From the NCBI GenBank assembly GCA_031431875.1, contig JANPEF010000040.1:1-60187 (forward strand): a DNA stretch of 60,187 nt. The letters run 5' to 3'. Both the position numbers and the translations under genes were made by a program. Origin of the DNA: Candidatus Eiseniibacteriota bacterium (GTDB lineage Bacteria > Eisenbacteria > RBG-16-71-46 > DASYSL01). Shown piece by piece: positions 19,145 through 30,980 of the stretch (its first letter is position 1; each line of letters starts with the position of its first letter). The notes beneath the pieces were generated by a model. The model saw nothing but the letters and a program-made list of their open reading frames with translations. It was not told the DNA's origin and made no database searches.

Positions 19145-21538
19145 TCAGCGCAGGCGGAGGACCAGCACGTCGTCGGGGGCGAGCTCGAGGTGGAGCGTGC
19201 GGGCGTTGACCGCCCGGGCGCGCGAGCCGGCGAACGTGAAGGCGATCTCGAGCCGACCCGTGTAGCCGAACAGCACGGGATCGGTGAGGCGCACGTCGCC
19301 GGTCTGCCGGCCGAGACGGTTGAGCACGAACAGCATGCCGCCGTCATCACCGGCGTGGCCAACGATCTCGGCCTCGACGTCGGAGTGGATGTACGGCTCG
19401 ACGCCCCGGGCGGCCAGCATGCCGCGCGCGAACTGGCGCAGCGCACGGCGGTCGCGATGCGGCGTCGTGTAGTAGCGCGGCGTCAGGTAGCGCCCGGCCG
19501 GCTGCGTGCCGAGCACGGTGCTGGTGCCCCAGCCGTGGCTCACTTCGTAGGCGGCGGGGCGACCGCCGTCCCACAGCGGCCCGGGGCGGATGCCGCTCTC
19601 CGGGTCGGTCGGCGTCGCGAACGTCCGAACCACGTAGTCGCCGCGAATCGACGGCGGGTTCGCATCGGGCAGCACCAGCGCCGGCGTTCCATCCGGTCGG
19701 GCGACCCACGGATGCACGGCCAGCGAGCGCCCCTCGACGGGCGTGCGCAGCGCGTCGAGCAGCGGCTCGAACAGGTCCATGATGTGCGCCGACGAGCGGT
19801 GGCGATCCGACAGCCACGGCCGTTCGAACAGCAGGTAGGGGACGAAGCCGGCGATCAACGTCCACCACGTGCGCACGACGTCGAGTCGACGTTCGGCCTG
19901 CGGCGTGAGTGGGAACAGCGCACGGTAGTGCGCGGGCCGGCCGGCGAGGTCGCTGTCGGGCGGTCCGGGCGTGCTCACCAGGTGGCCGCCGCCGGCGACG
20001 TAACCCTCGAGTTTCGCGTACGTCTCCGTGTCGAGCATTCCCTTCGTGGTCAGGAACAGCACCTGCAGGTCGGCCAGCGGCCGCGCCGGAAGTTCGGACA
20101 GGTCGACGACGCGCGGGTTGATGCCGGCGCAGAGCAGGAGTGCGTGCACGCCGCCCTGCGACAGGAACTGCAGGTAGCGGTGCGGATCGACCTGCTCGGT
20201 GCCGCGGAAGTAGTCGGCCGCGGCGTAGCGGAAGTTCGGAAAATAGATGCCGAAGCCGACCGGGTCGTGGATCTCCTCCATCGCGAGCAGCTCGCAGCCC
20301 CAGCGCTCGAGGAACGCTCCGACGCTCGACAGCACGCGGTAGCGTGCGGTGGGCCGCCCGAACTCGTCGAGCGGCGCGCCGAACTCGTAGGGCTCGCCGC
20401 TGGGTTCGCGCCCGTCGTGCGTGGTGAACAGGCAGATGCCACGCGCGCCGTGGGCGAGCGAGCCGAACACGTTCTGCACCACGGCCGCATCCGACACCTT
20501 GGCGCGCGGATCGAACCAGCCAATGCCGAGCTCGAACGCGATCGTCGGGCGATCGGGGCTGCGGTAGGCCGAGAAGATGCCCGGGTAGAGCGAGCTGGCG
20601 AACGGAAAGTCAGCGGTGAACGTGCCGGACGAGGCCTTCGGATAGATGTCGTAGCCGACGAAGTCGATCTTCGCCCCGGCATCGTCGCCATGCAGCGGGC
20701 TGTGCTGGATGCCCTGCTCGTTGTGCGTCAGCGGCACCGGCACGCCGAGCGCGCGCGCGGTCGTGGCGAGGAAGCGCAGGTATTCATCGATCCACGCCTC
20801 GAGAAACGTCTGCCAGTCCGAGATCTGCGGCTGTGCCAGCGGCGGCCGGGGCGGCAGGATCTCCTCGAAGCCCTTGAACGCGACGCCCCACACGGCCGAG
20901 AGCGCGTCGATCGTGGCGTAGCGGGTCTCGAGCCAGGCGCGGAAGCGGCGGATCGTGTCGACGTTGAAGTCGATCTGGCCGACGCGGTTGGCGAACAGCA
21001 GGCCGGTCTCGTTGTCGAGCTGCCACGACACGACCGGATCGTTCCACCAAGGGGCGAGAAAGGTGGCCAGCGCCTCGTACCAGGCCCGCGCCTTCGCGCG
21101 GTACACCGGATGCCCGAGGCTGTGATTCCAGTAGAACTCGCCGCGGTCGCGCCGCCCGTCGCGCCGCACGACCACCGTGTCGGGATAGCGATCACCGAGC
21201 CACAAGGGAATGCCGAGCCCGTCGAACTCGGCATAGATGAGCGGGCCCGGGCGGGCCATCACGGCCAGCCCCACCTCGCGCGCCGTATCGAGGAACCGGG
21301 CGAGATTGCGCGCGGGGTGCGTGGTCCCCCCGAAGTCGAAGCGGCCCTCCTCGGGCTCGTGCCAGACCCAGGGGATGTAGGTCGAGACGGCGTTCATCCC
21401 GGCGGCCTTGAGGCGCTCGAGGCCCGGCCGCCATCGCTCGGGGCGCACTCGGAAGTAGTGGAGCTCTCCGTCGTAGAGGAACTGCCGTCGCCCGCCCAGC
21501 GTGAACGCGCCATCCCGGGCGCCGAGGGGTCCGATCAT
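19145..21538 (-). CDS. Beta-galactosidase (GH35/GH42-like)
   Basis: GELHYFRV, NAVSTYIPWVWHEPEEG, RPGPLIYAE, QLDNE, FELGIGW; start approximate. Confidence 0.85.
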   Translation of the reverse strand: MIGPLGARDGAFTLGGRRQFLYDGELHYFRVRPERWRPGLERLKAAGMNAVSTYIPWVWHEPEEGRFDFGGTTHPARNLARFLDTAREVGLAVMARPGPLIYAEFDGLGIPLWLGDRYPDTVVVRRDGRRDRGEFYWNHSLGHPVYRAKARAWYEALATFLAPWWNDPVVSWQLDNETGLLFANRVGQIDFNVDTIRRFRAWLETRYATIDALSAVWGVAFKGFEEILPPRPPLAQPQISDWQTFLEAWIDEYLRFLATTARALGVPVPLTHNEQGIQHSPLHGDDAGAKIDFVGYDIYPKASSGTFTADFPFASSLYPGIFSAYRSPDRPTIAFELGIGWFDPRAKVSDAAVVQNVFGSLAHGARGICLFTTHDGREPSGEPYEFGAPLDEFGRPTARYRVLSSVGAFLERWGCELLAMEEIHDPVGFGIYFPNFRYAAADYFRGTEQVDPHRYLQFLSQGGVHALLLCAGINPRVVDLSELPARPLADLQVLFLTTKGMLDTETYAKLEGYVAGGGHLVSTPGPPDSDLAGRPAHYRALFPLTPQAERRLDVVRTWWTLIAGFVPYLLFERPWLSDRHRSSAHIMDLFEPLLDALRTPVEGRSLAVHPWVARPDGTPALVLPDANPPSIRGDYVVRTFATPTDPESGIRPGPLWDGGRPAAYEVSHGWGTSTVLGTQPAGRYLTPRYYTTPHRDRRALRQFARGMLAARGVEPYIHSDVEAEIVGHAGDDGGMLFVLNRLGRQTGDVRLTDPVLFGYTGRLEIAFTFAGSRARAVNARTLHLELAPDDVLVLRLR

Positions 21539-21649
21539 CGCGGCGGAAGCTCCATTCGGAGGAGGACTTCGAGACAGGGGTGTGACCGGCCCGCTGCGCG
21601 GGGTCCCCAACCTAGCCCGGATGATTGGCGAAGGCCAGCCCGGGCCGCA

Positions 21650-21685
21650 ATGCGAAGGGGCGCCTCCCCGGAGGGAGACGCCCCT
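21650..21685 (-). terminator. Probable terminator after the secreted protein gene
   Basis: Minus strand GGGGCGTCTCCC-TCCG-GGGAGGCGCCCC followed by TTCGCAT. Confidence 0.5.
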
Positions 21686-21715
21686 GCATGATCGTTCAAC
21701 TCGAGGAGACCGCGA

Positions 21716-22501
21716 CTAGCGGTAGATCCCCTTGATGCCGCCCCACGTCGCCGGCTGCGCCGGGGTCGGGATTTCGCAGGCATCGAGGTACGACGAGCCG
21801 ACGCCGATGTTGTCGACGGCCCAGTTCCAGTCCGCCGTGCCGGCGTACGAAGGGCTCGCCGGAAGCGTGGACGCCGAGTTGCTCTGGCGCAGGCCGAAGC
21901 CCGAGACCGCAACGGCCAGGTTCGTCACGAGCGCGTTGGTGTTCGAGACGCTCGTGCTGGCCTCGTTCACCGGGTTGACCCACAGCGACGAGGTCTTGGT
22001 CGCGGGATCGTAGTTGATGACCAGGTGATAGACGGTGTCGAACGAGAGCGCCGATCCCCACGGGGTGACACCGACCGTCGCGGACGTGCTGGAGTTCGAG
22101 ATGCCGAACGTCCAGCCACCCGACGTGAGCGGAAGAACGTACACGCGCGAGACCAGGGCCGTCGCGGTGCCATCCTTCAGTTCCGCGAAGTAGATGGCCT
22201 TGGGGGCGCCGACGACGGCCGGGATGCGGACGTCGAAGCACGCGTAGGTCTTGCTCGTGAGCGACTGCGGCGCGAACAGGATGTGATCGTCATTCGCGTT
22301 ATTCGGGGCACCACCGCCGGTCGCCTCGCCTGCGACGACCTGAATGTCGACGTTGGCGCCGCTGTAGTTCGCCCAGCCACCGTTCGGAACGAGGTTGCCG
22401 TTTGCATAGCCGAAGGACTCGTTGACGAGGCTCGCCGCCATGGACGGTGCCGCGGCAACCACGAGACCAAGGGTGATCAGCGCGAAAGCAATCTTCCTCA
22501 T
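21716..22501 (-). CDS. Secreted beta-rich protein with C-terminal TWGGIKGIYR motif
   Basis: Sec signal MRKIAFALITLGLVVAAAPSMA; lectin/LamG-like composition; Pro/Thr linker then TWGxIKxxY. Confidence 0.85.
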   Translation of the reverse strand: MRKIAFALITLGLVVAAAPSMAASLVNESFGYANGNLVPNGGWANYSGANVDIQVVAGEATGGGAPNNANDDHILFAPQSLTSKTYACFDVRIPAVVGAPKAIYFAELKDGTATALVSRVYVLPLTSGGWTFGISNSSTSATVGVTPWGSALSFDTVYHLVINYDPATKTSSLWVNPVNEASTSVSNTNALVTNLAVAVSGFGLRQSNSASTLPASPSYAGTADWNWAVDNIGVGSSYLDACEIPTPAQPATWGGIKGIYR

Positions 22502-22714
22502 GATGCGTCTCCCAACGTGGACAGGTGACGTCAGTGCGATGCGGGATGGCGGGAAACCCGCGCGACCCGGACCAGGGGCAACATGTCAGCGGCGAATGGA
22601 AATCGATACGTGGTCGTCGAGACGTTCGGGTTTCGAAGGGCCCACGGAGGAGACCAAATGAAAGGAATCGACGTGAGGTCGAACCAGAATTCTTCCTACT
22701 GAACGACCGGTGAA

Positions 22715-22743
22715 ACAATAGGCAATTTCGCACAGGAAGTCAA
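22715..22743 (-). promoter_or_regulatory. sigma70-type promoter
   Basis: TTGACT-N17-TATTGT, implying a leader of about 200 nt. Confidence 0.6.
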
Positions 22744-22825
22744 GGTGGGAGTCCCGTCGGGAGGGCCCGGCCGGTGCCCATCGCACCCCGATCGAAAATT
22801 CTGCAACTCGTTTATCGCAAGTCTG

Positions 22826-23623
22826 TTACGTGGATCCTCCGCCGCGGACGCCGGGTCCGGGCTGGGGCGGTGACGCCGTTCCCGGGAAGAGGATCATCCG
22901 TGTCCCGATGACCACCAGCAGGATGCCGAAGAGCTGCCGCAGCATCGGCCCCGGCAGCTTCTGCGCAACCGCCGCCGCGGCGATCGCGGCGACCACCGAG
23001 GCGATGGCCACCGGGGCGACGATCGGCTTCTCCACCGCGCCCAGGCGCAACTGAGTCCAGGCGCCGACGATCGCCGTGGGCACGATCATGAATAGCGAGA
23101 CCCCCTGCGCCGCATGCTGCGGCACGCCGAACAGCAGCGTGAGAATGGGCACCAGGATCACCCCACCGCCCACTCCGAGCAGGCCGGCCAGCCAGCCGAC
23201 GCCAAAGCCGACGCCCACTTCGATGAGCATGCCGGGAACACCGGGCATGGCGAGCCAGCTTCCCTGCGGCAGGTGCGGCCACAGGAGGCGCAGGCCGACC
23301 ACGACCGAGAGCACGCCGAAGATCCGCCGGAGCTTCGCCGCCGGGTGCCCGATCGAGAACAGTGCGCCCAGGCGCACGCCCACGATCGAGCCCGCTGCGA
23401 GCAGCCCCGCGAGCGCGAGGTCCACCGGTCCCGCGATGCGGTAGGTGATGGCCGCCGCCAGCGCGGTGAAGACGAGGATCGCCAGCGAGGTGGCCTGGGC
23501 GCGCTTCTGGTCGAGGCCCAGGAACTTCGTCAGCATCGGCACGAGCACGATGCCGCCGCCCACGCCCAAAAGCCCGCTGGTGAGCCCACCGACGAGGCCG
23601 ACGAGCGCGGCGCGCAGCTTCAT
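22826..23623 (-). CDS. TSUP/TauE-SafE family transporter
   Basis: Two GLLGVGGG.ILVP repeats with AQATSL/AQGVSL; ATGA overlap. Confidence 0.88.
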   Translation of the reverse strand: MKLRAALVGLVGGLTSGLLGVGGGIVLVPMLTKFLGLDQKRAQATSLAILVFTALAAAITYRIAGPVDLALAGLLAAGSIVGVRLGALFSIGHPAAKLRRIFGVLSVVVGLRLLWPHLPQGSWLAMPGVPGMLIEVGVGFGVGWLAGLLGVGGGVILVPILTLLFGVPQHAAQGVSLFMIVPTAIVGAWTQLRLGAVEKPIVAPVAIASVVAAIAAAAVAQKLPGPMLRQLFGILLVVIGTRMILFPGTASPPQPGPGVRGGGST

Positions 23624-24612
23624 CGTGACTCCCCGCCGCCGGCGTGTGCCGGCTTTCGTGCGACGACCATGCAACGATCGCCGAGCGCGTTGGTCGACTG
23701 CGTCCATGCGACGTTCAGCGTATCGAGCGCGGACAGCACGGTCCCGGTCACGGGATCGCGACGGCGCGTTCGCGACGGGGGCGTCTTCGACTGGATGAAC
23801 GATTCGACGGTGAGCCCCGAGGTCGAGATCAGCGCGCGCAAGGGACCGGGCGTGAACTCCCACAGGTGATACGGCGGCTCATCAAGCTGCCACGTGCGCC
23901 CCAGCGCCTGCTGCGCGGCGAGGCCGACGCGACGCGCCAGCGAGTTCGTGGCCATCGGCCCGCGCAGCACGAGCGCGCCGCCCGGTGCGAGCACGCGCGC
24001 CACCTCGCGCAGCACGGCGGCGGGATCGGGCACGTGCTCGAGCACGTCGCCGAGGAATGCGACGTCGAACGATGCGGCGTCGAGGTGCGCGTCGGCGAGC
24101 GCGCCGACGAACACCGGCACGCCGTAGCGCTTCGCCTCGGTCGCCGCGTCCGCCGAGTACTCGACACCTTGTACGGTCCAGCCGCGGCGCTGCGCGGCCT
24201 CGAGCAGAACGCCGGTGGCACAGCCGAGCTCGAGCAAGCGCCCGGGTCGGCCGCCGGTGGCGCGCGCGACCGCGCGGTCGAGTGCGTCGGCGAGCAGCGC
24301 CATTGCGTCGCCCAGCAGCGCAGTGCGCTCGAGGAAATAGTCGCCCACGTGGCCGCAGCGCACGTCGCCGCTGCTGAAGTACTCGCGCGCGTAGAGCCGC
24401 CCGAACTCGTGCGCCGCGGGCTGCACGGTGAGGCCGCGCAGGCCGCACCGCGGGCACGCGCCGCCGGGGAACGTGGCGCCGGCGAAGCGGTACGCGAACG
24501 GCAGCGGACGGTAGCCGGCGCGCGCGTCGGTGCCGTGGCCCTCGCTGCGCCCGCAGCCGGGGCAGTTGGCGAGCGCGATCGTGGCGAGCGGCGTGTCGGT
24601 GACCGGACTCAT
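23620..24612 (-). CDS. Class I SAM-dependent methyltransferase with N-terminal Cys motifs
   Basis: CPGC/CPRC, LLELGCATG, DVLEHVPDP, PYHLWEFT. Confidence 0.85.
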   Translation of the reverse strand: MSPVTDTPLATIALANCPGCGRSEGHGTDARAGYRPLPFAYRFAGATFPGGACPRCGLRGLTVQPAAHEFGRLYAREYFSSGDVRCGHVGDYFLERTALLGDAMALLADALDRAVARATGGRPGRLLELGCATGVLLEAAQRRGWTVQGVEYSADAATEAKRYGVPVFVGALADAHLDAASFDVAFLGDVLEHVPDPAAVLREVARVLAPGGALVLRGPMATNSLARRVGLAAQQALGRTWQLDEPPYHLWEFTPGPLRALISTSGLTVESFIQSKTPPSRTRRRDPVTGTVLSALDTLNVAWTQSTNALGDRCMVVARKPAHAGGGESR

Positions 24613-25826
24613 CCGAGCGCTCCCGCGGCGTGCAGGCGCGCGATCGCCGCATGGTCATAGCCGAGCTCGGCGAGCACCGCATCGGTGTCGGCGCCGAGTG
24701 GGGGCGGCGCGGTGCGCGGGGCTCCGGGCGTGGCCGACAGCTTGATCGGCAGCCCGGTCACGCGGAAGTCGGGGATCGCCGGATGCGGCAGCGGCACGAC
24801 CATGTCGCGCGCGACGACCTGCGGGTCGGCCAAAGCCTCGGGCACGCTGCGCACGCGCCCGCTGGGCACGCCCGCCGCGCGCAGGCGGGCGAGCGCGTCG
24901 TCGGCGTCGAGCACGACCAGCGCGGCGTCGAGCGCGGCATCGAGCGCGACGCGATGCTCGACACGCGCCGGGCCGGTCGCGAAGCGCGGGTCGGCGGGCA
25001 GGCCGTTGGTCGCGTCGCCGAGCGCGCGGCAGAGTGCGGCGAACAGCGCGTCGTTGCCGGCGCCGATCGTGATCCACGCATCGCGGCAGCGAAACGTTCC
25101 GTAGGGCATGAGGTTCGGATGTCGATTGCCGAGCTGCACGGGTGCCTCGCCCGTGGCCCAGGTGTTCGTCGCGTGGTAGGTGAGCAGGCCGATCTGTCCG
25201 TCGAGCAGCGAGGTGTCCACGCGCTGCCCGCGGCCGCTCTTCTCTCGGGCGTAGAGCGCGGCGAGGATCCCGCTCAGCAGCCACAGCCCGGCCACGATGT
25301 CGGCCTGCGACACGCCGGCCTTGAACGGCGAGCCGCCCGCCTCGCCGGTAACGCTCATCACGCCGCCCTCGCCCTGGGCGATCAGATCGTAACCCGCGCG
25401 GTCGCAGTCGGGGCCGTCGAGGCCGTAACCCGAGAGGCTTGCGTACACCAGCCGCGGGTTGAGAGCGCCGCAGGTCGCGAAGTCGAAGCCCCAGCGATCG
25501 AGCGTGCCCGGGCGAAAGTTCTCGACCAGCACGTCGGCGCGTTCGACGAGCCTGCGCAGGGCGTCCCTCCCCTCGGCCGTGTCGAGGTCGAGCGTGATGC
25601 TCTCCTTGTTGCGGTTGATGGCGAGGTAGTACGTGCTGATCCCCTTCCAGAACGGCGGACCCCAGTTGCGCGTATCGTCACCGGTGCGCGGCGCCTCGAC
25701 CTTGATCACCCGCGCGCCCAGGTCGCCGAGCGTCATCGTGCAATACGGCCCGGCGAGGATGCGCGACAGGTCGACGACGAGGAGGCCGGCGAGGGGGCCG
25801 GTGGCGGCGGGTGCGATGGCGCTCAT
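24609..25826 (-). CDS. CaiB/BaiF family III CoA-transferase
   Basis: DLSRILAGP, DLGARVIKVE, NRNKES, ENFRPG, GYD, PPPLGADT. Confidence 0.92.
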   Translation of the reverse strand: MSAIAPAATGPLAGLLVVDLSRILAGPYCTMTLGDLGARVIKVEAPRTGDDTRNWGPPFWKGISTYYLAINRNKESITLDLDTAEGRDALRRLVERADVLVENFRPGTLDRWGFDFATCGALNPRLVYASLSGYGLDGPDCDRAGYDLIAQGEGGVMSVTGEAGGSPFKAGVSQADIVAGLWLLSGILAALYAREKSGRGQRVDTSLLDGQIGLLTYHATNTWATGEAPVQLGNRHPNLMPYGTFRCRDAWITIGAGNDALFAALCRALGDATNGLPADPRFATGPARVEHRVALDAALDAALVVLDADDALARLRAAGVPSGRVRSVPEALADPQVVARDMVVPLPHPAIPDFRVTGLPIKLSATPGAPRTAPPPLGADTDAVLAELGYDHAAIARLHAAGALG

Positions 25827-26326
25827 CGGAAGTTCTGGCCCTTCCAGACGATCCAGCCGCCGGCGTTCTTGTCGCGCTTGTCGCGGTGCGTCCAGTGGAG
25901 GACTCCGCCCTGGACGTTCCAGACGTACTCGCCGCGGAACGCGATGGTGTCGCCCGGCTTCAAGGGCACGCGCGGGGCGAAGTCGATATTGTGGGCGACA
26001 AGCATGGTCTGTCCCGGGACGATCTCGACGACGAAGCGCTGATGCCGGGGGGCCTTCGTGTCATCGCGGAGGATCCGTTCTACTGTGCCCGTCCCGACGA
26101 CCCAGGCACCGTCCCGCTTCTCGTTGAAAGCGACCTGCGGAGTGACTCCCTTGCGGGGGAAGCCGTCGGGAATCGGGAATGGAGCAACCGTGGATGCCGG
26201 GAGCATCGCGGCGTCCGGGCCCGAAGGAGCGGGAGAGCTTCTCAGCGACTCCGGAGACTTCGCCGGGTCGGCGCACCCGCCCCCGAGCAGGGCCCCGATC
26301 AGCAGAAATCCCGCCAGAACACGCAT
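25823..26326 (-). CDS. DUF3465 domain lipoprotein
   Basis: Lipobox-like LGGGC; HQRF, AHNIDFAPRV, GEYVWN..GGVLHWTH. Confidence 0.8.
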   Translation of the reverse strand: MRVLAGFLLIGALLGGGCADPAKSPESLRSSPAPSGPDAAMLPASTVAPFPIPDGFPRKGVTPQVAFNEKRDGAWVVGTGTVERILRDDTKAPRHQRFVVEIVPGQTMLVAHNIDFAPRVPLKPGDTIAFRGEYVWNVQGGVLHWTHRDKRDKNAGGWIVWKGQNFR

Positions 26327-26407
26327 GTCCGGCAATCTAGCACGCCGCCCCGACCCCGCGGTGGACGTGGTACCCTGCGGCATACCCCAACGACCGTAGG
26401 AGGTTTT

Positions 26408-27910
26408 CTGGGATTCGAAGCACTCGGCCTGCCCGCACCCATTCTCAAGGGCGTGCGCGCCGCCGGCTACACGCAACCCACGCCGATCCAGGCGAAGACG
26501 ATTCCGATGATCCTGACCGGCCGCGACCTGATCGGCGCCGCCCAGACCGGAACCGGCAAGACCGCAGCCTTCCTGCTGCCCATCCTCGCCCGCCTGCTTG
26601 AAGGGGGTGAGCGCCTGCGCGCACTCGTCCTCACGCCGACCCGCGAGCTTGCCGCCCAGATCGAGACCAACGCCCGCGACTATGCGCGCTTCACGCCGCT
26701 CAAGGTCGGCGTCGTCTACGGCGGCGTCCCGATCGGCCCGCAGGAGCGCATGCTGCGCAATCCGGGCCTCGACCTGCTCATCGCCACGCCGGGTCGCTTG
26801 CTCGACCTGTACGGCCGCCAGAGCCTGGCGCTCGACGAGGTGCAGGTGCTGGTCCTCGACGAGGCCGACCGCATGGTCGACATGGGCTTCGCGCCGGACT
26901 TGAACCGCATCCTTCGCCTGCTGCCCGACGACCGGCAGACGCTCATGTTCTCGGCGACCATGCCGCCCGACCTCAACAAGGTCGCCAAGCAGGCGATGCG
27001 CGACCCCGGTCGCGTGGACCTGGCGCCGTCGACGCGGCCGGCGGCCGGCATCACGCAGGCCGTCTATCCCGTAGTCAAGCACCTGAAGACCCCTCTACTC
27101 GACGAGTTGCTGCGCATGCACGGCGTGGGCAGCGTGATCGTGTTCTCGCGCACCAAGCACGGCGCCGATCGTCTCGCCCGCCAGCTCGACCGCCTCGGCC
27201 ACTCGGTCGCGGCGCTGCATGGCGACCGCACGCAGGGCCAGCGCGAGCGCGCGCTATCCGACTTGCGCCGCGGCAAGGTGCAGGTGCTGGTGGCGACCGA
27301 CATCGCTTCGCGCGGCATCGACGTCACCGACATCACGCACGTGGTCAACTACGACGTGCCGCACACGCCCGAGGATTACGTGCACCGCATCGGGCGCACG
27401 GGTCGCGTCGACGCGCTGGGCGATGCGTTCACGCTGATGTCGCCGGAAGAAGCGAAGGACCTGACCGCGATCGAGCGCTTCCTCGGCAAGGCGATCCCGC
27501 GCGTGATCCTGCCGGACTTCGACTACAAGGCGGGTCCGCCCGCGAAGCTGGCCGGCCTCGGCAGCAGTCACTTCAGGGAAGGCGCCTCGGGTGGTCGCAG
27601 CGGCGCCGGCGGTGGTCGCGGTCGCGACGGCGGTGGTGGCAGTGGTGGTGCCCGCGGCGGTCGCAGCGGCGGCGGTGGCGGTGGTGGGGGTCGCAGCGGT
27701 GGTGGCGGCCGGCCTGGCAGCTCGCAGGGCGTGACCGTGGTGCGCACGTACGGCGCGAGCGGTGCAGGCGGCGGGTCGAGCAGCGGCGGAAGCGGCGGCG
27801 GTTCGGGATCGGGCAGCAGCTCGCGCCCGGCGAGCGCAGCCCCGGCGGGGGATCACGGCCGGAGACCCAAGAGCGCCGATAACTCGCGACGCGGCCGGCG
27901 CCGGATTTGA
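26408..27910 (+). CDS. rhlE: DEAD-box RNA helicase (RhlE-like) with Gly/Arg-rich tail; probable CTG start
   Basis: Q motif F..LGL...GYTQPTPIQ, AQTGTGKT, PTRELA, TPGRL, DEAD, SAT, HRIGRTGR; AGGAGG-TTTT-CTG start. Confidence 0.88.
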   Translation: MGFEALGLPAPILKGVRAAGYTQPTPIQAKTIPMILTGRDLIGAAQTGTGKTAAFLLPILARLLEGGERLRALVLTPTRELAAQIETNARDYARFTPLKVGVVYGGVPIGPQERMLRNPGLDLLIATPGRLLDLYGRQSLALDEVQVLVLDEADRMVDMGFAPDLNRILRLLPDDRQTLMFSATMPPDLNKVAKQAMRDPGRVDLAPSTRPAAGITQAVYPVVKHLKTPLLDELLRMHGVGSVIVFSRTKHGADRLARQLDRLGHSVAALHGDRTQGQRERALSDLRRGKVQVLVATDIASRGIDVTDITHVVNYDVPHTPEDYVHRIGRTGRVDALGDAFTLMSPEEAKDLTAIERFLGKAIPRVILPDFDYKAGPPAKLAGLGSSHFREGASGGRSGAGGGRGRDGGGGSGGARGGRSGGGGGGGGRSGGGGRPGSSQGVTVVRTYGASGAGGGSSSGGSGGGSGSGSSSRPASAAPAGDHGRRPKSADNSRRGRRRI

Positions 27911-29032
27911 CACCCACGCGATAGACCAGGGCGGCAGGGGTGGGCTAACGTCGAAGGCGGGAGCCCTCCCAACCCTGGTGGTGTTCGTGAACGTCGCGTT
28001 TCATCTTCTCGCCGCGGCCGGCCTGGCCGTGACGCTCGTCGCCCTCGCCCGTTCCACCTCGCCCTCGTCCGCCCTCCGGTTCGCCTCGCGCTACGCCGCC
28101 TTCGGCGTCGTCGCCTCGATCTTCACGTTTCGTGAGTTTCCCGAACTGACTGCGCTCGCCGCGTGGGGGCTGTTTCTCTACGCTCCGATCGGTTGCGCGG
28201 TCGCGACCGTGCTGTTCGTGCGGCGCGGCGGTCGCGGTGCGGGCGCGCTCTCCGCGCTGGCCTGCATCGCCCTGGTCGCGATCGCGATCGAGGCGTTCTG
28301 GATCGAGCCCCACAGCCTCGAGTTGAATCGCGTCGTGGTCGAGAGCGCGTCGATCAAGAAGCCGCTCCGCATCGCCGTGCTCGCCGACCTGCAGACCGAC
28401 CAGATCGGCGCCTATGAACGGGACGCGCTGCGCCGAATGGCGGCGACGCGGCCGGACCTGGTCCTCCTGCCCGGGGACTACGTGCAGGACGGCGGCGGGG
28501 AGTCGCAGGAAGCGCTCGAGCGCGCATTGAATTCGCTGCTGCGATCCGAAGGGCTCGCCGCGCCGCGAGGCGTCTACGCCGTTCGGGGCGACCACGAGCA
28601 CGACGGCTGGCGGCGCATCTTCGACGGGATGGGGGTGACCACGTTCGAGAACACGGGGACGGTCGTGCGCGACGATGTCGCGGTCACCGGGCTCGGCCTG
28701 CGCGACTCGTTCGCCACCGAACTCCGCGTTCCCGGCCGGTCGCAGTTCCACATCGTCTTCGGACATCGTCCCGACTTCGCGCTGTCGAGCGAGGTGAAGG
28801 CCGACCTGCTGATCGCGGGCCACACGCACGGCGGCCAGGTGCGGCTGCCGATCCTGGGGCCGGTGGTCACGCTGTCGCAGGTGCCGCGGGCGTGGGCGGC
28901 GGGGGTCACGCGCCTGTCGGGCGGACGGACGCTCGTCGTGTCGCGGGGTGTGGGGATGACGCGGGGGCTGACGCCGCGACTGCGCTTCCTGTGCCGGCCG
29001 GAGATCGTGATCGTGGATGTGGTGCCCGCGGG

Positions 29033-30973
<1,941 letters not shown>

Positions 30974-30980
30974 CGGCGGC

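Noticed and set aside
22502..22714. Riboswitch in the 200-nt leader of the secreted protein
   Set aside because: No recognisable aptamer consensus, terminator or convincing long helices.
27585..27830. GGC/GGT-rich repeats
   Set aside because: Explained by the Gly/Arg/Ser low-complexity tail common in DEAD-box helicases.
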